This document shows positions 56,137-64,000 of a stretch of 64,000 bases of DNA, one piece after another. The translations under genes and the position numbers were made by a program. This DNA is from Oceanispirochaeta sp. (GTDB lineage Bacteria > Spirochaetota > Spirochaetia > DSM-2461). The stretch spans positions 1,088,001-1,152,000 of the forward strand of contig CAXXOA010000002.1 of the NCBI GenBank assembly GCA_963666275.2, in the 5' to 3' direction. The notes beneath the pieces are model-generated. The model saw nothing but the letters and a program-made list of their open reading frames with translations. It was not told the origin of the DNA and made no database searches. Each line of letters opens with the position of its first letter. Position 1 is the first letter of the stretch.

Positions 56137-57726
56137 TTATACGCTTTTGATATAGGCTCCCGCATTCATGGCGCTGTGACGTCCTGTATTTACATTATTG
56201 GCACAGCAGGATCCGCCCAGATTGATCGTATAGACATTTCTGTAGAGCATGGCTCCGTCGAGACCCGCCGCATAGAGCCCGGGAATGGGATCTTTTCCGG
56301 GAGTCAGTACTTCCTGTCTTGCATTACAGAGGATCCCTCCGATACTGCCGAAGTAGGTCTGTTCAATCCGTGCGATGTAGTAGGGGCCTCCGCTGAGAGC
56401 TTCCAGTGTCTCGGCTTCCCGGGAGAAGTCCGTATCAGAACCTTTGGCGCACATGGCGTTGTATCTATCTACAGACGCTTTGAGGGCCTCTGCATCCATA
56501 CCCACGGCCTGGGCCAGTCCGGCAAGACTGTCGGCTCTGTAGAGAGAGTCTCCGTCATTGGTTGCCAGAGATTCTTCCAGGATCCGGGCAGCGCCGTCTT
56601 CCAGAGGGCCGAAGGTCTTATCAAAGAGGGCCTGGTTGAAAATGACATAGGAGTACTTGTTGGCTTTGGTAGGCATGGTCTGATACATCATGTTTCTGGC
56701 GCCAATATTTTCGTTTACAAAGCGCTGACCATCCTGGTTGACCCAGAGTCCGAATCCATGAGCCGAAGCCACTCCGGTTACCATTCCGTTCAGAGGGTCT
56801 GCATACTGGGGAATGTTCATAGAGGGAAGGGCGGGGATGTAGTTCATAACAAATGCACATGTTTCGGGAAGGATGTCCTTTCCACCCGCAGAGAGGGCCA
56901 TTCTCAGACCGTCACCGTTGGATCCTGCATTTCCTCCCAGCAGGACATGTTCGCTGGTCCATCCCTGTTCGGCAACCAGATCTCTGTCTCCACCGACTCC
57001 TCCGGACGCCAGTATCACAGCTTTCGCATCAATACCGTAGACAGTCCCGTCAGCATTTTCAGCATAAACACCCTGCACTTTTCCATCCTGAAGAATCAGG
57101 GCGGTTGCGGCTGTTTTCAGCATGATCTCTACACCAAGCTCCCGGGCTCTTTTACCCATGGGTTCGATGTATCCGGCAGAGGCTTTATGATTTTTGAACC
57201 AGTGAAACGTGGGAAGGGTACAGGTTCCGAAGTAGTCGTCGACATACTCAAATTCAACACCCTGCTCGATCTCCCAGTCTATGTTTTCAGAGGACTGTGT
57301 ACACAGGTCGATCCACTGGGCACCGGGATTCCGGAACTGGGCAATTTCCATCTCATGGGCAACAACGTCGGCAATGGTGAAATCAATCCCCGCTGCTTTC
57401 TGCATTTTTGTCTCCACACCGAACTGACCTTCAACAGATCCTCCCATAGGTCCCAGGACGCTTGTTTTCTCCAGGGTAACTACCTTCAGACCGTCCAGAG
57501 CGGCCTGAACAGAGGCGGCCAGACCGGAAATTCCACCACCCACAACAACGATATCGCAGGAGAGTTTCTCATCTACTTTGGAGGGGATCTTCAGACCCGG
57601 TTTTTCGGAGATTTCTCCCTGGCTGTTCTTTCCCAGAAGGCTGCATCCGGGAAGTCCTACGGCAACGGCACCGGCTCCGGCGGCAGCTGTAGCAAGACCA
57701 ATAAATTTTCTTCTTGTCAATTCCAT
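56137..57726 (-). CDS. Tat-exported FAD-dependent oxidoreductase (flavocytochrome c/fumarate reductase superfamily) lipoprotein
   Basis: MELTRRKF twin-Arg, LPGC lipobox, VVVGGGISG, ASGG, GDG, VNQDGQRFVNE, IPGLYAAG. Confidence 0.88.
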   Translation of the reverse strand: MELTRRKFIGLATAAAGAGAVAVGLPGCSLLGKNSQGEISEKPGLKIPSKVDEKLSCDIVVVGGGISGLAASVQAALDGLKVVTLEKTSVLGPMGGSVEGQFGVETKMQKAAGIDFTIADVVAHEMEIAQFRNPGAQWIDLCTQSSENIDWEIEQGVEFEYVDDYFGTCTLPTFHWFKNHKASAGYIEPMGKRARELGVEIMLKTAATALILQDGKVQGVYAENADGTVYGIDAKAVILASGGVGGDRDLVAEQGWTSEHVLLGGNAGSNGDGLRMALSAGGKDILPETCAFVMNYIPALPSMNIPQYADPLNGMVTGVASAHGFGLWVNQDGQRFVNENIGARNMMYQTMPTKANKYSYVIFNQALFDKTFGPLEDGAARILEESLATNDGDSLYRADSLAGLAQAVGMDAEALKASVDRYNAMCAKGSDTDFSREAETLEALSGGPYYIARIEQTYFGSIGGILCNARQEVLTPGKDPIPGLYAAGLDGAMLYRNVYTINLGGSCCANNVNTGRHSAMNAGAYIKSV

Positions 57727-57863
57727 GGTTTCTGATTCCTTTTCGCTCTATAAACTCATAGCATTTTTAGTGTTTTTCCCAATTTAGGGGCACTTTTAAA
57801 ATATGTCAATACACAAATAGATCAATGATCAAACATAGTAAAATCAGCATATAGTTATATTTT

Positions 57864-57889
57864 TATAGATAAACCTCTATCTGTATAAT
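57864..57889 (+). promoter_or_regulatory. candidate TetR operator overlapping a TATAAT box
   Basis: TATAGATA-AACCTC-TATCTGTA (57864-57885) with TATAAT at 57884; a similar site lies at 58611-58632. Confidence 0.5.
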
Positions 57890-57993
57890 AGGTGAAAACA
57901 GCCTGAAAACCCGGAAAAACAGCGTTTCAGCTAACAAAACTCTCTAAAATAAGGCTTTTTCCTCATAACTCTTTCTGCTAGATTGTAAAAGCT

Positions 57994-58566
57994 ATGAGTA
58001 CCCGCAATGCAAAACAGAAATTCTATTGTGCCATTGATACAATTCTTATGGACAGGACTATTGATAAGATTTGCGTCAATGACATCATCAGAGAAGCGGG
58101 GACAAGCCGTTCCACTTTTTACCGTCACTATTATGACAAATACGCCCTTGTCAGGGATTATTATAATTTTGTGGTCAGAGGGGTTCTTGAAAAGAACAGC
58201 AATGAAGATCTGGTATGGATTGACGGACTGATTCTGATTCTCAAGGAACTGGAAAGTCATTCACGATACTATAGAAATGCCATACAGCCTGAAGGGGGAC
58301 TGCATGAGCATATAGAGGAAATCACCAGGCATTTCTATTATGCCCTGGCAAAATATCACAAAGTTGATCTTGCAAAATGGAAGCACAGGGCGGCACTGGA
58401 AGCCTATACGAGCGGAACCATGGACATCCTGGTTCGATGGATTATGGAAGGTATGCCTGTTCCCGCGGAAGAATTCTCCGAACTGCTGGAAACTCTCTTT
58501 CCGTTCTCTTTCAGTATCCGCTGCTACGGCTGGAAGGTGAATCTTCTTTCTGGTTTGCACTACTAA
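57994..58566 (+). CDS. TetR/AcrR-family transcriptional regulator
   Basis: ICVNDIIREAGTSRSTFYRHYYDKYAL HTH. Confidence 0.88.
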   Translation: MSTRNAKQKFYCAIDTILMDRTIDKICVNDIIREAGTSRSTFYRHYYDKYALVRDYYNFVVRGVLEKNSNEDLVWIDGLILILKELESHSRYYRNAIQPEGGLHEHIEEITRHFYYALAKYHKVDLAKWKHRAALEAYTSGTMDILVRWIMEGMPVPAEEFSELLETLFPFSFSIRCYGWKVNLLSGLHY

Positions 58567-58680
58567 CGGGACAGAAAAGGGATAATGTCCCGCTTTAATA
58601 AGTATAGATATATCGATATGCCTTTATCTATAAAAGTTTTCCTATTATCCTTGGGTATAGTTCATCTGAGGAGAGAAAAT

Positions 58681-59424
58681 ATGTCAAAAACAGCAATTGT
58701 AACCGGCGGATCCCGCGGTCTGGGTGAGGGGATGATCCTGAAACTGGCAGAGATGGGATACAACGTTGTGGCCAACTATGTCAGCGACAGAAGCAAGGTC
58801 CTGGCGGAAAGTCTTATAAAGAAAATCGAAACAAAATACGGCGTGCAGGGGATGGCCTTTCAGGCGGATGTGTCCGACTATGACAGCTGCAAGGCCCTTT
58901 TCGAGGCTACTGTTGCCCGGTTCGGCGAAAAAATCGATGTTCTTGTGAACAACGCCGGAATTGATAACAATCTGAGTTTTCTTGAGATCAAACCCGAGCA
59001 GTATAAAAGACTTATGGATGTGAACCTGATGAGTTATATGCACTGTGCCCATCTTGTGATTCCCTACATGATCAAACAGAAAGAGGGGTATATTATCAAT
59101 GTCTCCTCAATTGGCGGTATGATGGGGGTTGCGGATCAGGCCGACTACTGCGCTGCCAAAAGCGGTGTTATCGGGTTTACCAGAGGGCTGGCTGTGGAGT
59201 TCGGCCGCTATAACATCAAAGTCAATAATATCGCCCCCGGTATGATCTGGACCGATATGCTCAGGGAAGCGGATCAGACTGCTGTTCAGGCACTGGAACA
59301 GATGATTCCCCTGGGAAAAATCGGAGAAGTGGATGATATTTCAGGCTGCATGGAATATCTTGTGAAAGCCAAATATCTGACAGGACAGACCATTTCCCCC
59401 AACGGCGGACTGGTAATGCCCTGA
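58681..59424 (+). CDS. short-chain dehydrogenase/reductase (FabG-like)
   Basis: TGGSRGLG, VNNAG, SS, YCAAK, IAPG; start ATG 58681 after GAGGAG. Confidence 0.92.
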   Translation: MSKTAIVTGGSRGLGEGMILKLAEMGYNVVANYVSDRSKVLAESLIKKIETKYGVQGMAFQADVSDYDSCKALFEATVARFGEKIDVLVNNAGIDNNLSFLEIKPEQYKRLMDVNLMSYMHCAHLVIPYMIKQKEGYIINVSSIGGMMGVADQADYCAAKSGVIGFTRGLAVEFGRYNIKVNNIAPGMIWTDMLREADQTAVQALEQMIPLGKIGEVDDISGCMEYLVKAKYLTGQTISPNGGLVMP

Positions 59425-59488
59425 TTCTAATATATTTTGCTCCGGGAGAAGCGATTGCTTCTTCTGGAGACAGTCCTCTTAAGCTTTT

Positions 59489-60547
59489 TTATTCTGTTAC
59501 AACACTTCCGTCAATGCTTAGATTGTAATTGGAGCCTGTAATATGACGTTCGGCATGGAAGATTATCAGATCATAAACGTTATCCGGAGAGAGAGCCAGT
59601 TCACTCTCTTTAGACGCATCCAGTGTTATTGACCGGGATTTTTCCGGATGAACACCGCCCAGATCCAGAATCAGCTTTCCGTTCAGAAAAATCCATACAT
59701 CATCATCCCCTGTAAAGGAAATGGTTTCCCCTCCCCTGTAGTACAGCTTTAACCTGGTCTCAGTGGTAAAACCGAAATTATGATCATATAGGGAGCCGGG
59801 TGTTGTTGAGTTATAGTTGCCATATCCCCGGTTGTCTAAAGGAAAAAAATTCGGATGGGAGAATTCCTTGAGAGAACCTGTTTCACTAAAGGAGAAAGAG
59901 GATTGAAACTCAAGATTTATACCGGGAATTGTTTCATACCATTGCCCAAAGGATTCACTTGAGGTAATCAGGCCGGAGTTGAGTTTTATCAAAGTTAGTT
60001 TGCCGCTGTTGTCCAATGTGTCAGATACCAGACCGGGGTAAATATCCGCATTCCCGTAATTTTCAAAATCCGGATGCCCCCTGTTTCCAATATAACCGTC
60101 ACCGGTTCCGTGTTCATTGTATCCGCGGAAATCTCTTATGGTCATCTCAAATTCGCTGTTTTCGATATAGTACTGTTCCGATGTGACTGCGCTGCTCAGG
60201 GAGCCCCGTGAGGCTACTGCTTTAATCAGTGCCGTCCGGGAAACAGAAAGAGGCCCTGAATAGAGAGTCGCTGTTCCGGATGCAGGTTCCGTACCATCCA
60301 GTGTGTACCATATTTCCGCATCGCTGTCGGAGGACAGAATCAGTTCCTGAGAATCCTCATAATAGCCTCCCTTAAGAGAGAGGGCGGGAGCCGGAGGAGC
60401 TGTCTGAACATCCGATGAGCTGTCGCTTTCCTGATTTTCAGGATCTTCGGGAGAGTCTTTTTTATCTCCCTCAAAGAAGAGATCACAGTTCAGCAAAGAT
60501 ATGAAGCAGGCTGCCAGTATAAAGATTCTGAGGGTTGTTTTTTTCAT
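59489..60547 (-). CDS. lipoprotein with a chitobiase/Fn3-associated domain and a fibro-slime (PA14-related) domain
   Basis: Lipobox-like LLNC; IWYTLDGTEP...IKAVA; TIRDF, HPDFE, FFPLD, HNFGFT, FTGDDDVWIFLNG..LDLGGVH, FHAER. Confidence 0.8.
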   Translation of the reverse strand: MKKTTLRIFILAACFISLLNCDLFFEGDKKDSPEDPENQESDSSSDVQTAPPAPALSLKGGYYEDSQELILSSDSDAEIWYTLDGTEPASGTATLYSGPLSVSRTALIKAVASRGSLSSAVTSEQYYIENSEFEMTIRDFRGYNEHGTGDGYIGNRGHPDFENYGNADIYPGLVSDTLDNSGKLTLIKLNSGLITSSESFGQWYETIPGINLEFQSSFSFSETGSLKEFSHPNFFPLDNRGYGNYNSTTPGSLYDHNFGFTTETRLKLYYRGGETISFTGDDDVWIFLNGKLILDLGGVHPEKSRSITLDASKESELALSPDNVYDLIIFHAERHITGSNYNLSIDGSVVTE

Positions 60548-60721
60548 GGAAACTTTCCTGTCATATAAAAAATATTCCTGAAGACTCTGCGATCAGGATT
60601 TTTATATATTACAGTTGTTTATTTATATTGAATAGAGGAAAAAGTTTGTTTGTTTATTTTTACAAGCCCGACCCCGGGTGGAAGTTTCCGATCCGGGGTT
60701 AGGCAAAGTGTTATGGGAGAA

Positions 60722-62929
60722 TTACTGCTGCCCAGCAGCAAAGGTTACAGCATTTTCTCCGGCAATCCGGCCGGAATTGTAGGCGTAGGCCATGGTACAT
60801 CCGGGAATATCGTAATAGGGATATCCGTAGAATCCTCCGGTATCCTGACCAGCGGCGTAGAGGCCGTTTATCGGTTTCAGCTCCGTATTGATAACCTGAA
60901 GCCTTTCATTTACCTTGATTCCGCCCAGGGTTCCGAAAATGGCCGGTTCCATCCGGATGGCATAATAGGGACCTTCTTCAATGGTTTTTGTCAGCCAGAC
61001 CGGATCTTTCAGGAAATCATCGTCACGCTGTCTGGCAATCATATCCCTGTAGCGGTCGATGGTCGCCACAAGAACACCCTGATCAATGCCCATCTGCGAC
61101 TCCAGGGTTTCAATACTGTCACCTTCAAAGGCTATTCCCGCATCCATCGCATTTTTCAGCTCATCCATAATGGAGGTAAAGGGGACCAGAGCCCGGCCTC
61201 TCCAGAGAATCTCCTTTTTAAGGCGTGCCGTTGTTTCCGCCGGAAAAAGACCGGGAAATCCCTCAGTGTGCAGAGTCTCCAGGGTAGGGCGGTCAATAAT
61301 GACGTAGAAGGAACCGGCAGTTCTGATGGCGGAAGCTCCCTTGGCAAGAGGCTGTTCGGCACACAGGCCTTCGTCCATAAAGCGTTTCCCTTCCAGGTTC
61401 ACCTGGAGCAGACCGCCGTAGTTCAGGTACTTGAGGAAGTAGCTGTTATAGTCTTGGGATGTGCTGGCCGCAAACTCTGTCAGATGGGGAGAAATCTCTT
61501 CGCTGGGAGAGGCGCCTGCAGCCAGGGCCATATTCAGACCATCTCCTGTATTGGAGGACATACCGGACAGGAAGTAGTTGGAGCTTCCTGTGTACCGCTC
61601 CAGCATTTCCGGGCTGCCGCCGAAACCGCCGGTGGCGATAACAACAGCATCGGCATGGACAGTGACCCGGGTACCGTCATCTCTGACAGCTTTTACTCCT
61701 ACCACATCTTTTCCATCCATTATCAGCTCTGTGGCGGATGTTTCCAGAAGTAGTTCCGCTCCTGAAGGCAGAATGTGGTCAGCATAGAGATTATCCATCT
61801 TTTCAAAACCCTTGCCTGTATCATGGGTATAGCCGTAACCGCCCAGACGGGAATAGTTATAACCGTTCTCTGCCAGCCAGTCTGCGGTATCACCGGATTT
61901 TTCCAGGATGGTCCGGACCAGAAGGGGATTAGCTGTCCAGTCCGAATATTCCATCATCTCCCGGAATACATCATCCACAGTGACATCCGAGCCGGCGGCT
62001 CTTGTAAACGAGCTGTCTATACCAATAAAACCGGTAGAGCAACCGCCCATTCCGCCGACTTTCCCCGTGCGCTCAATGATCAGTATATCCCCGCTGGTTT
62101 CACAGGCTGCCAGAGCCGCAGCGGTACCGGAGGTTCCGGCACCGATGACAGCGACTTTAACAGTATATTCTTCTTCTGCATTGATTTTTTTGGTGGGAAT
62201 ATTAAAGGCCGTAAGATCGGCCCCGGCCTGTTCCAGAGCGGTACTGACAGCAGACAGGATTCCCCTGCAGGTCATGGTACATCCCGATACCACATCTACT
62301 CCGATACTCTGCTGCGCTACAATCTCTTTTTCCATCCTTTCAATAGAAGGTTCCACGAATCCTGCGGTATCATCACAGTTGGTCACTTTTATACTCACAA
62401 TAGATGTTTCGTCCACTGTCACATCAACAGAGATGGGCTCAATGACTTTGGGAGATCCGAACCGGGCCCCTTCGTTGCTGCCTTCGGCCCATTTGCCGTA
62501 GGCTGTTCCCGTATAGACCCCCGGAGTCATGGCTATTTCCGGTAGGTTGACTTCCGGGCCTTCACTGTTGAGAAGGGCCATATCCACCCCTGAACCGCTC
62601 AGGGCCTCTGCCACGGCAGCTTTAATGGCATCGCTTGCCATGGTAGCCCCGGACACAGAATCAACGGCAAGGCTCTGACTCTTGATGATCGCCTGGGGTA
62701 CCAGCTTCAGGGCATTGTCGGCCAGTCCTTTTGTTTCATTATGGGCGGTGATTTCGATACTCCTGATAGAGTTGCTGTCCACTGTCACAGCGACAGCCAC
62801 AGGGCCGTTATGGCCTTCGCCTGCTCCCTGATAGGTTCCGGGAGTGAAGCTCAGCCCCGTTTTTCCGCAACTGGCAAGCAGTGTGAGAACCACAAGCAGT
62901 AACAGTAGTAAATGTTTTGTTTTTTGCAT
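60722..62929 (-). CDS. lipoprotein reductase: two FMN-binding domains fused to an FAD-dependent flavocytochrome c-type domain
   Basis: LASC lipobox; DSVSGATMAS and DVVSGCTMTC motifs; VIGAGTSG, ATGGFGG, NTGDG, VNLEGKRF, GTLGG, GLYAAG. Confidence 0.88.
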   Translation of the reverse strand: MQKTKHLLLLLLVVLTLLASCGKTGLSFTPGTYQGAGEGHNGPVAVAVTVDSNSIRSIEITAHNETKGLADNALKLVPQAIIKSQSLAVDSVSGATMASDAIKAAVAEALSGSGVDMALLNSEGPEVNLPEIAMTPGVYTGTAYGKWAEGSNEGARFGSPKVIEPISVDVTVDETSIVSIKVTNCDDTAGFVEPSIERMEKEIVAQQSIGVDVVSGCTMTCRGILSAVSTALEQAGADLTAFNIPTKKINAEEEYTVKVAVIGAGTSGTAAALAACETSGDILIIERTGKVGGMGGCSTGFIGIDSSFTRAAGSDVTVDDVFREMMEYSDWTANPLLVRTILEKSGDTADWLAENGYNYSRLGGYGYTHDTGKGFEKMDNLYADHILPSGAELLLETSATELIMDGKDVVGVKAVRDDGTRVTVHADAVVIATGGFGGSPEMLERYTGSSNYFLSGMSSNTGDGLNMALAAGASPSEEISPHLTEFAASTSQDYNSYFLKYLNYGGLLQVNLEGKRFMDEGLCAEQPLAKGASAIRTAGSFYVIIDRPTLETLHTEGFPGLFPAETTARLKKEILWRGRALVPFTSIMDELKNAMDAGIAFEGDSIETLESQMGIDQGVLVATIDRYRDMIARQRDDDFLKDPVWLTKTIEEGPYYAIRMEPAIFGTLGGIKVNERLQVINTELKPINGLYAAGQDTGGFYGYPYYDIPGCTMAYAYNSGRIAGENAVTFAAGQQ

Positions 62930-63086
62930 AAAACAGTTTCCTTTTATTGATGATTTTTTTTAGTAGAAGCGGTAAAATTCTATCATTATAAAACCGGTAA
63001 AAATGTATCGATAAGGAAACTTATGTATCAATTCGGTCAGTTTTCAGGCTTCAGAAGGTTTATTTCCAGAGGGATACACCCTGTTT

Positions 63087-64000
63087 TCAGAGAGGTTTGC
63101 CCGTGCTGCTCCGGAAGGAGCCGGGGCTGATCCCTTCGTGTTTTTTGAAGAGTCTGTAAAAGGTTACCCTGTTATTAATGCCAACCTGCCTGCCGATTTC
63201 ATCAATACACAGATTGGTGTTCAGAAGCAGGTATTTAGCTTTTTCAATCTGCAGTCTGCTGATGTAGTCAATGAGAGAAATTCCCATACGTTCTTTGAAA
63301 ATCCGGGAAATATATTTGGTAGACAGGGCCATATAGGAGGCAATTTTATCCAGGTAGATCCCGCTGTAGTAGTTGTTCTGAACATAGCGGATAATGTGCT
63401 CCACCATGGCCTGAGCATGATCCTGCATTTCATTCTGTGTCTTCTGCATAACCCTTCCGAAGAATGTCATCAGAGTAATAAACTGCAGATCATAGCCGCA
63501 GACTTCAGTATTATCAGTTCCGAAAAATTCCTGTTCCTTTTCAGAAGCAACTTTTTTTATATCCAGATCCATTTCCGCAGCATAGCGGATCCCCGTATTG
63601 AACAGTTGGGAGAACAGAATATTCATATGCTTATGGGAAAGATTATGTTCCGCATTCCGGCAGATTATTCTCTTGAGAATCTGAGTCAGAGTCTGGATAT
63701 CTTTAGCCTTAAGGCAGTTGATAATCTTTTTCTCATCCTCAAAACTGTATGAAATTTTATAGGATATAACAATTCCAGCAGAGTTGAGGATCTGACAGAC
63801 TCCTCTCTCTGATTTCAGATTGAGAGCAGTCATGGCATCACTGTAGGACTTCCAGAGGTTCTGCAGACCTTCGCGGATCCGTCCCAGACTGATGGTTATG
63901 AAAGGGGCTTGCTCTCCGAAGGAAATGTTCCTGAACAGATTTTCCAGAATTTCCTGATCTTTCTGCCGGGACAGATTTATAACAAGAACCTGAAGAGTGC
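63087..64000 (-). CDS. AraC-family transcriptional regulator (5' end lies outside the window)
   Basis: C-terminal AraC double HTH (LDKIA...YISRIFKE...AKYLL...VG...FYRLFKKHEGISPGSFR); the frame stays open to the window end. Confidence 0.88.
   Translation of the reverse strand, partial: TLQVLVINLSRQKDQEILENLFRNISFGEQAPFITISLGRIREGLQNLWKSYSDAMTALNLKSERGVCQILNSAGIVISYKISYSFEDEKKIINCLKAKDIQTLTQILKRIICRNAEHNLSHKHMNILFSQLFNTGIRYAAEMDLDIKKVASEKEQEFFGTDNTEVCGYDLQFITLMTFFGRVMQKTQNEMQDHAQAMVEHIIRYVQNNYYSGIYLDKIASYMALSTKYISRIFKERMGISLIDYISRLQIEKAKYLLLNTNLCIDEIGRQVGINNRVTFYRLFKKHEGISPGSFRSSTGKPL

Noticed and set aside
56176..57735. 519-aa plus-strand ORF
   Set aside because: Antisense shadow of the FAD oxidoreductase
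58585..58680. N-terminal extension of the SDR in the ORF track
   Set aside because: The region holds a hairpin, an operator-like repeat and an RBS; SDR homology starts at 58681
1..64000. tRNA, rRNA, CRISPR arrays, transposases, integrases, phage or defence genes
   Set aside because: None recognised by eye; an Infernal/tRNAscan run would be needed to exclude small RNAs

Overview
A gene-dense, 64 kb bacterial chromosomal segment that is mostly metabolic. It is probably from a free-living anaerobic spirochaete (Spirochaetaceae-like). That is an inference from the Cys-less 'A-x-G-x-x-E/D' leader ends of the solute-binding proteins. Contents in order: (1) a 2-oxoacid dehydrogenase operon (E2, E3, fused E1alpha/beta); (2) a binding protein plus two-component system divergent from a ribose-type sugar ABC transporter; (3) a ~27 kb catabolic island (12.5-40.1 kb) with a cytosine/pterin-deaminase-like amidohydrolase, a nucleoside-type (BMP) and a THI5/NitT-type ABC transporter, two xanthine-dehydrogenase-family Mo enzymes with no FAD subunit, two iron-sulfur flavoproteins, two UbiD decarboxylases plus UbiX, ALDH, Fe-ADH, a 4-OT tautomerase and two FolB-like T-fold proteins whose pterin-binding Glu residues are both Gln; I interpret this island as a candidate anaerobic pteridine/lumazine degradation pathway; (4) an MFS transporter, a stand-alone MshEN-like protein, a GAF-GGDEF cyclase, an M50 protease, a nitroreductase and LplA; (5) a DRE-TIM aldolase preceded by a Phe-rich leader peptide (absent from the ORF track) and a complete terminator/antiterminator attenuator; (6) a LacI-fusion-controlled sugar ABC/GH32 locus with palindromic operators; (7) two flavinylated extracytoplasmic flavin reductase systems with their regulators. 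I saw no rRNA, tRNA, CRISPR array or mobile element. All calls come from motif reading by eye; no database search was run.
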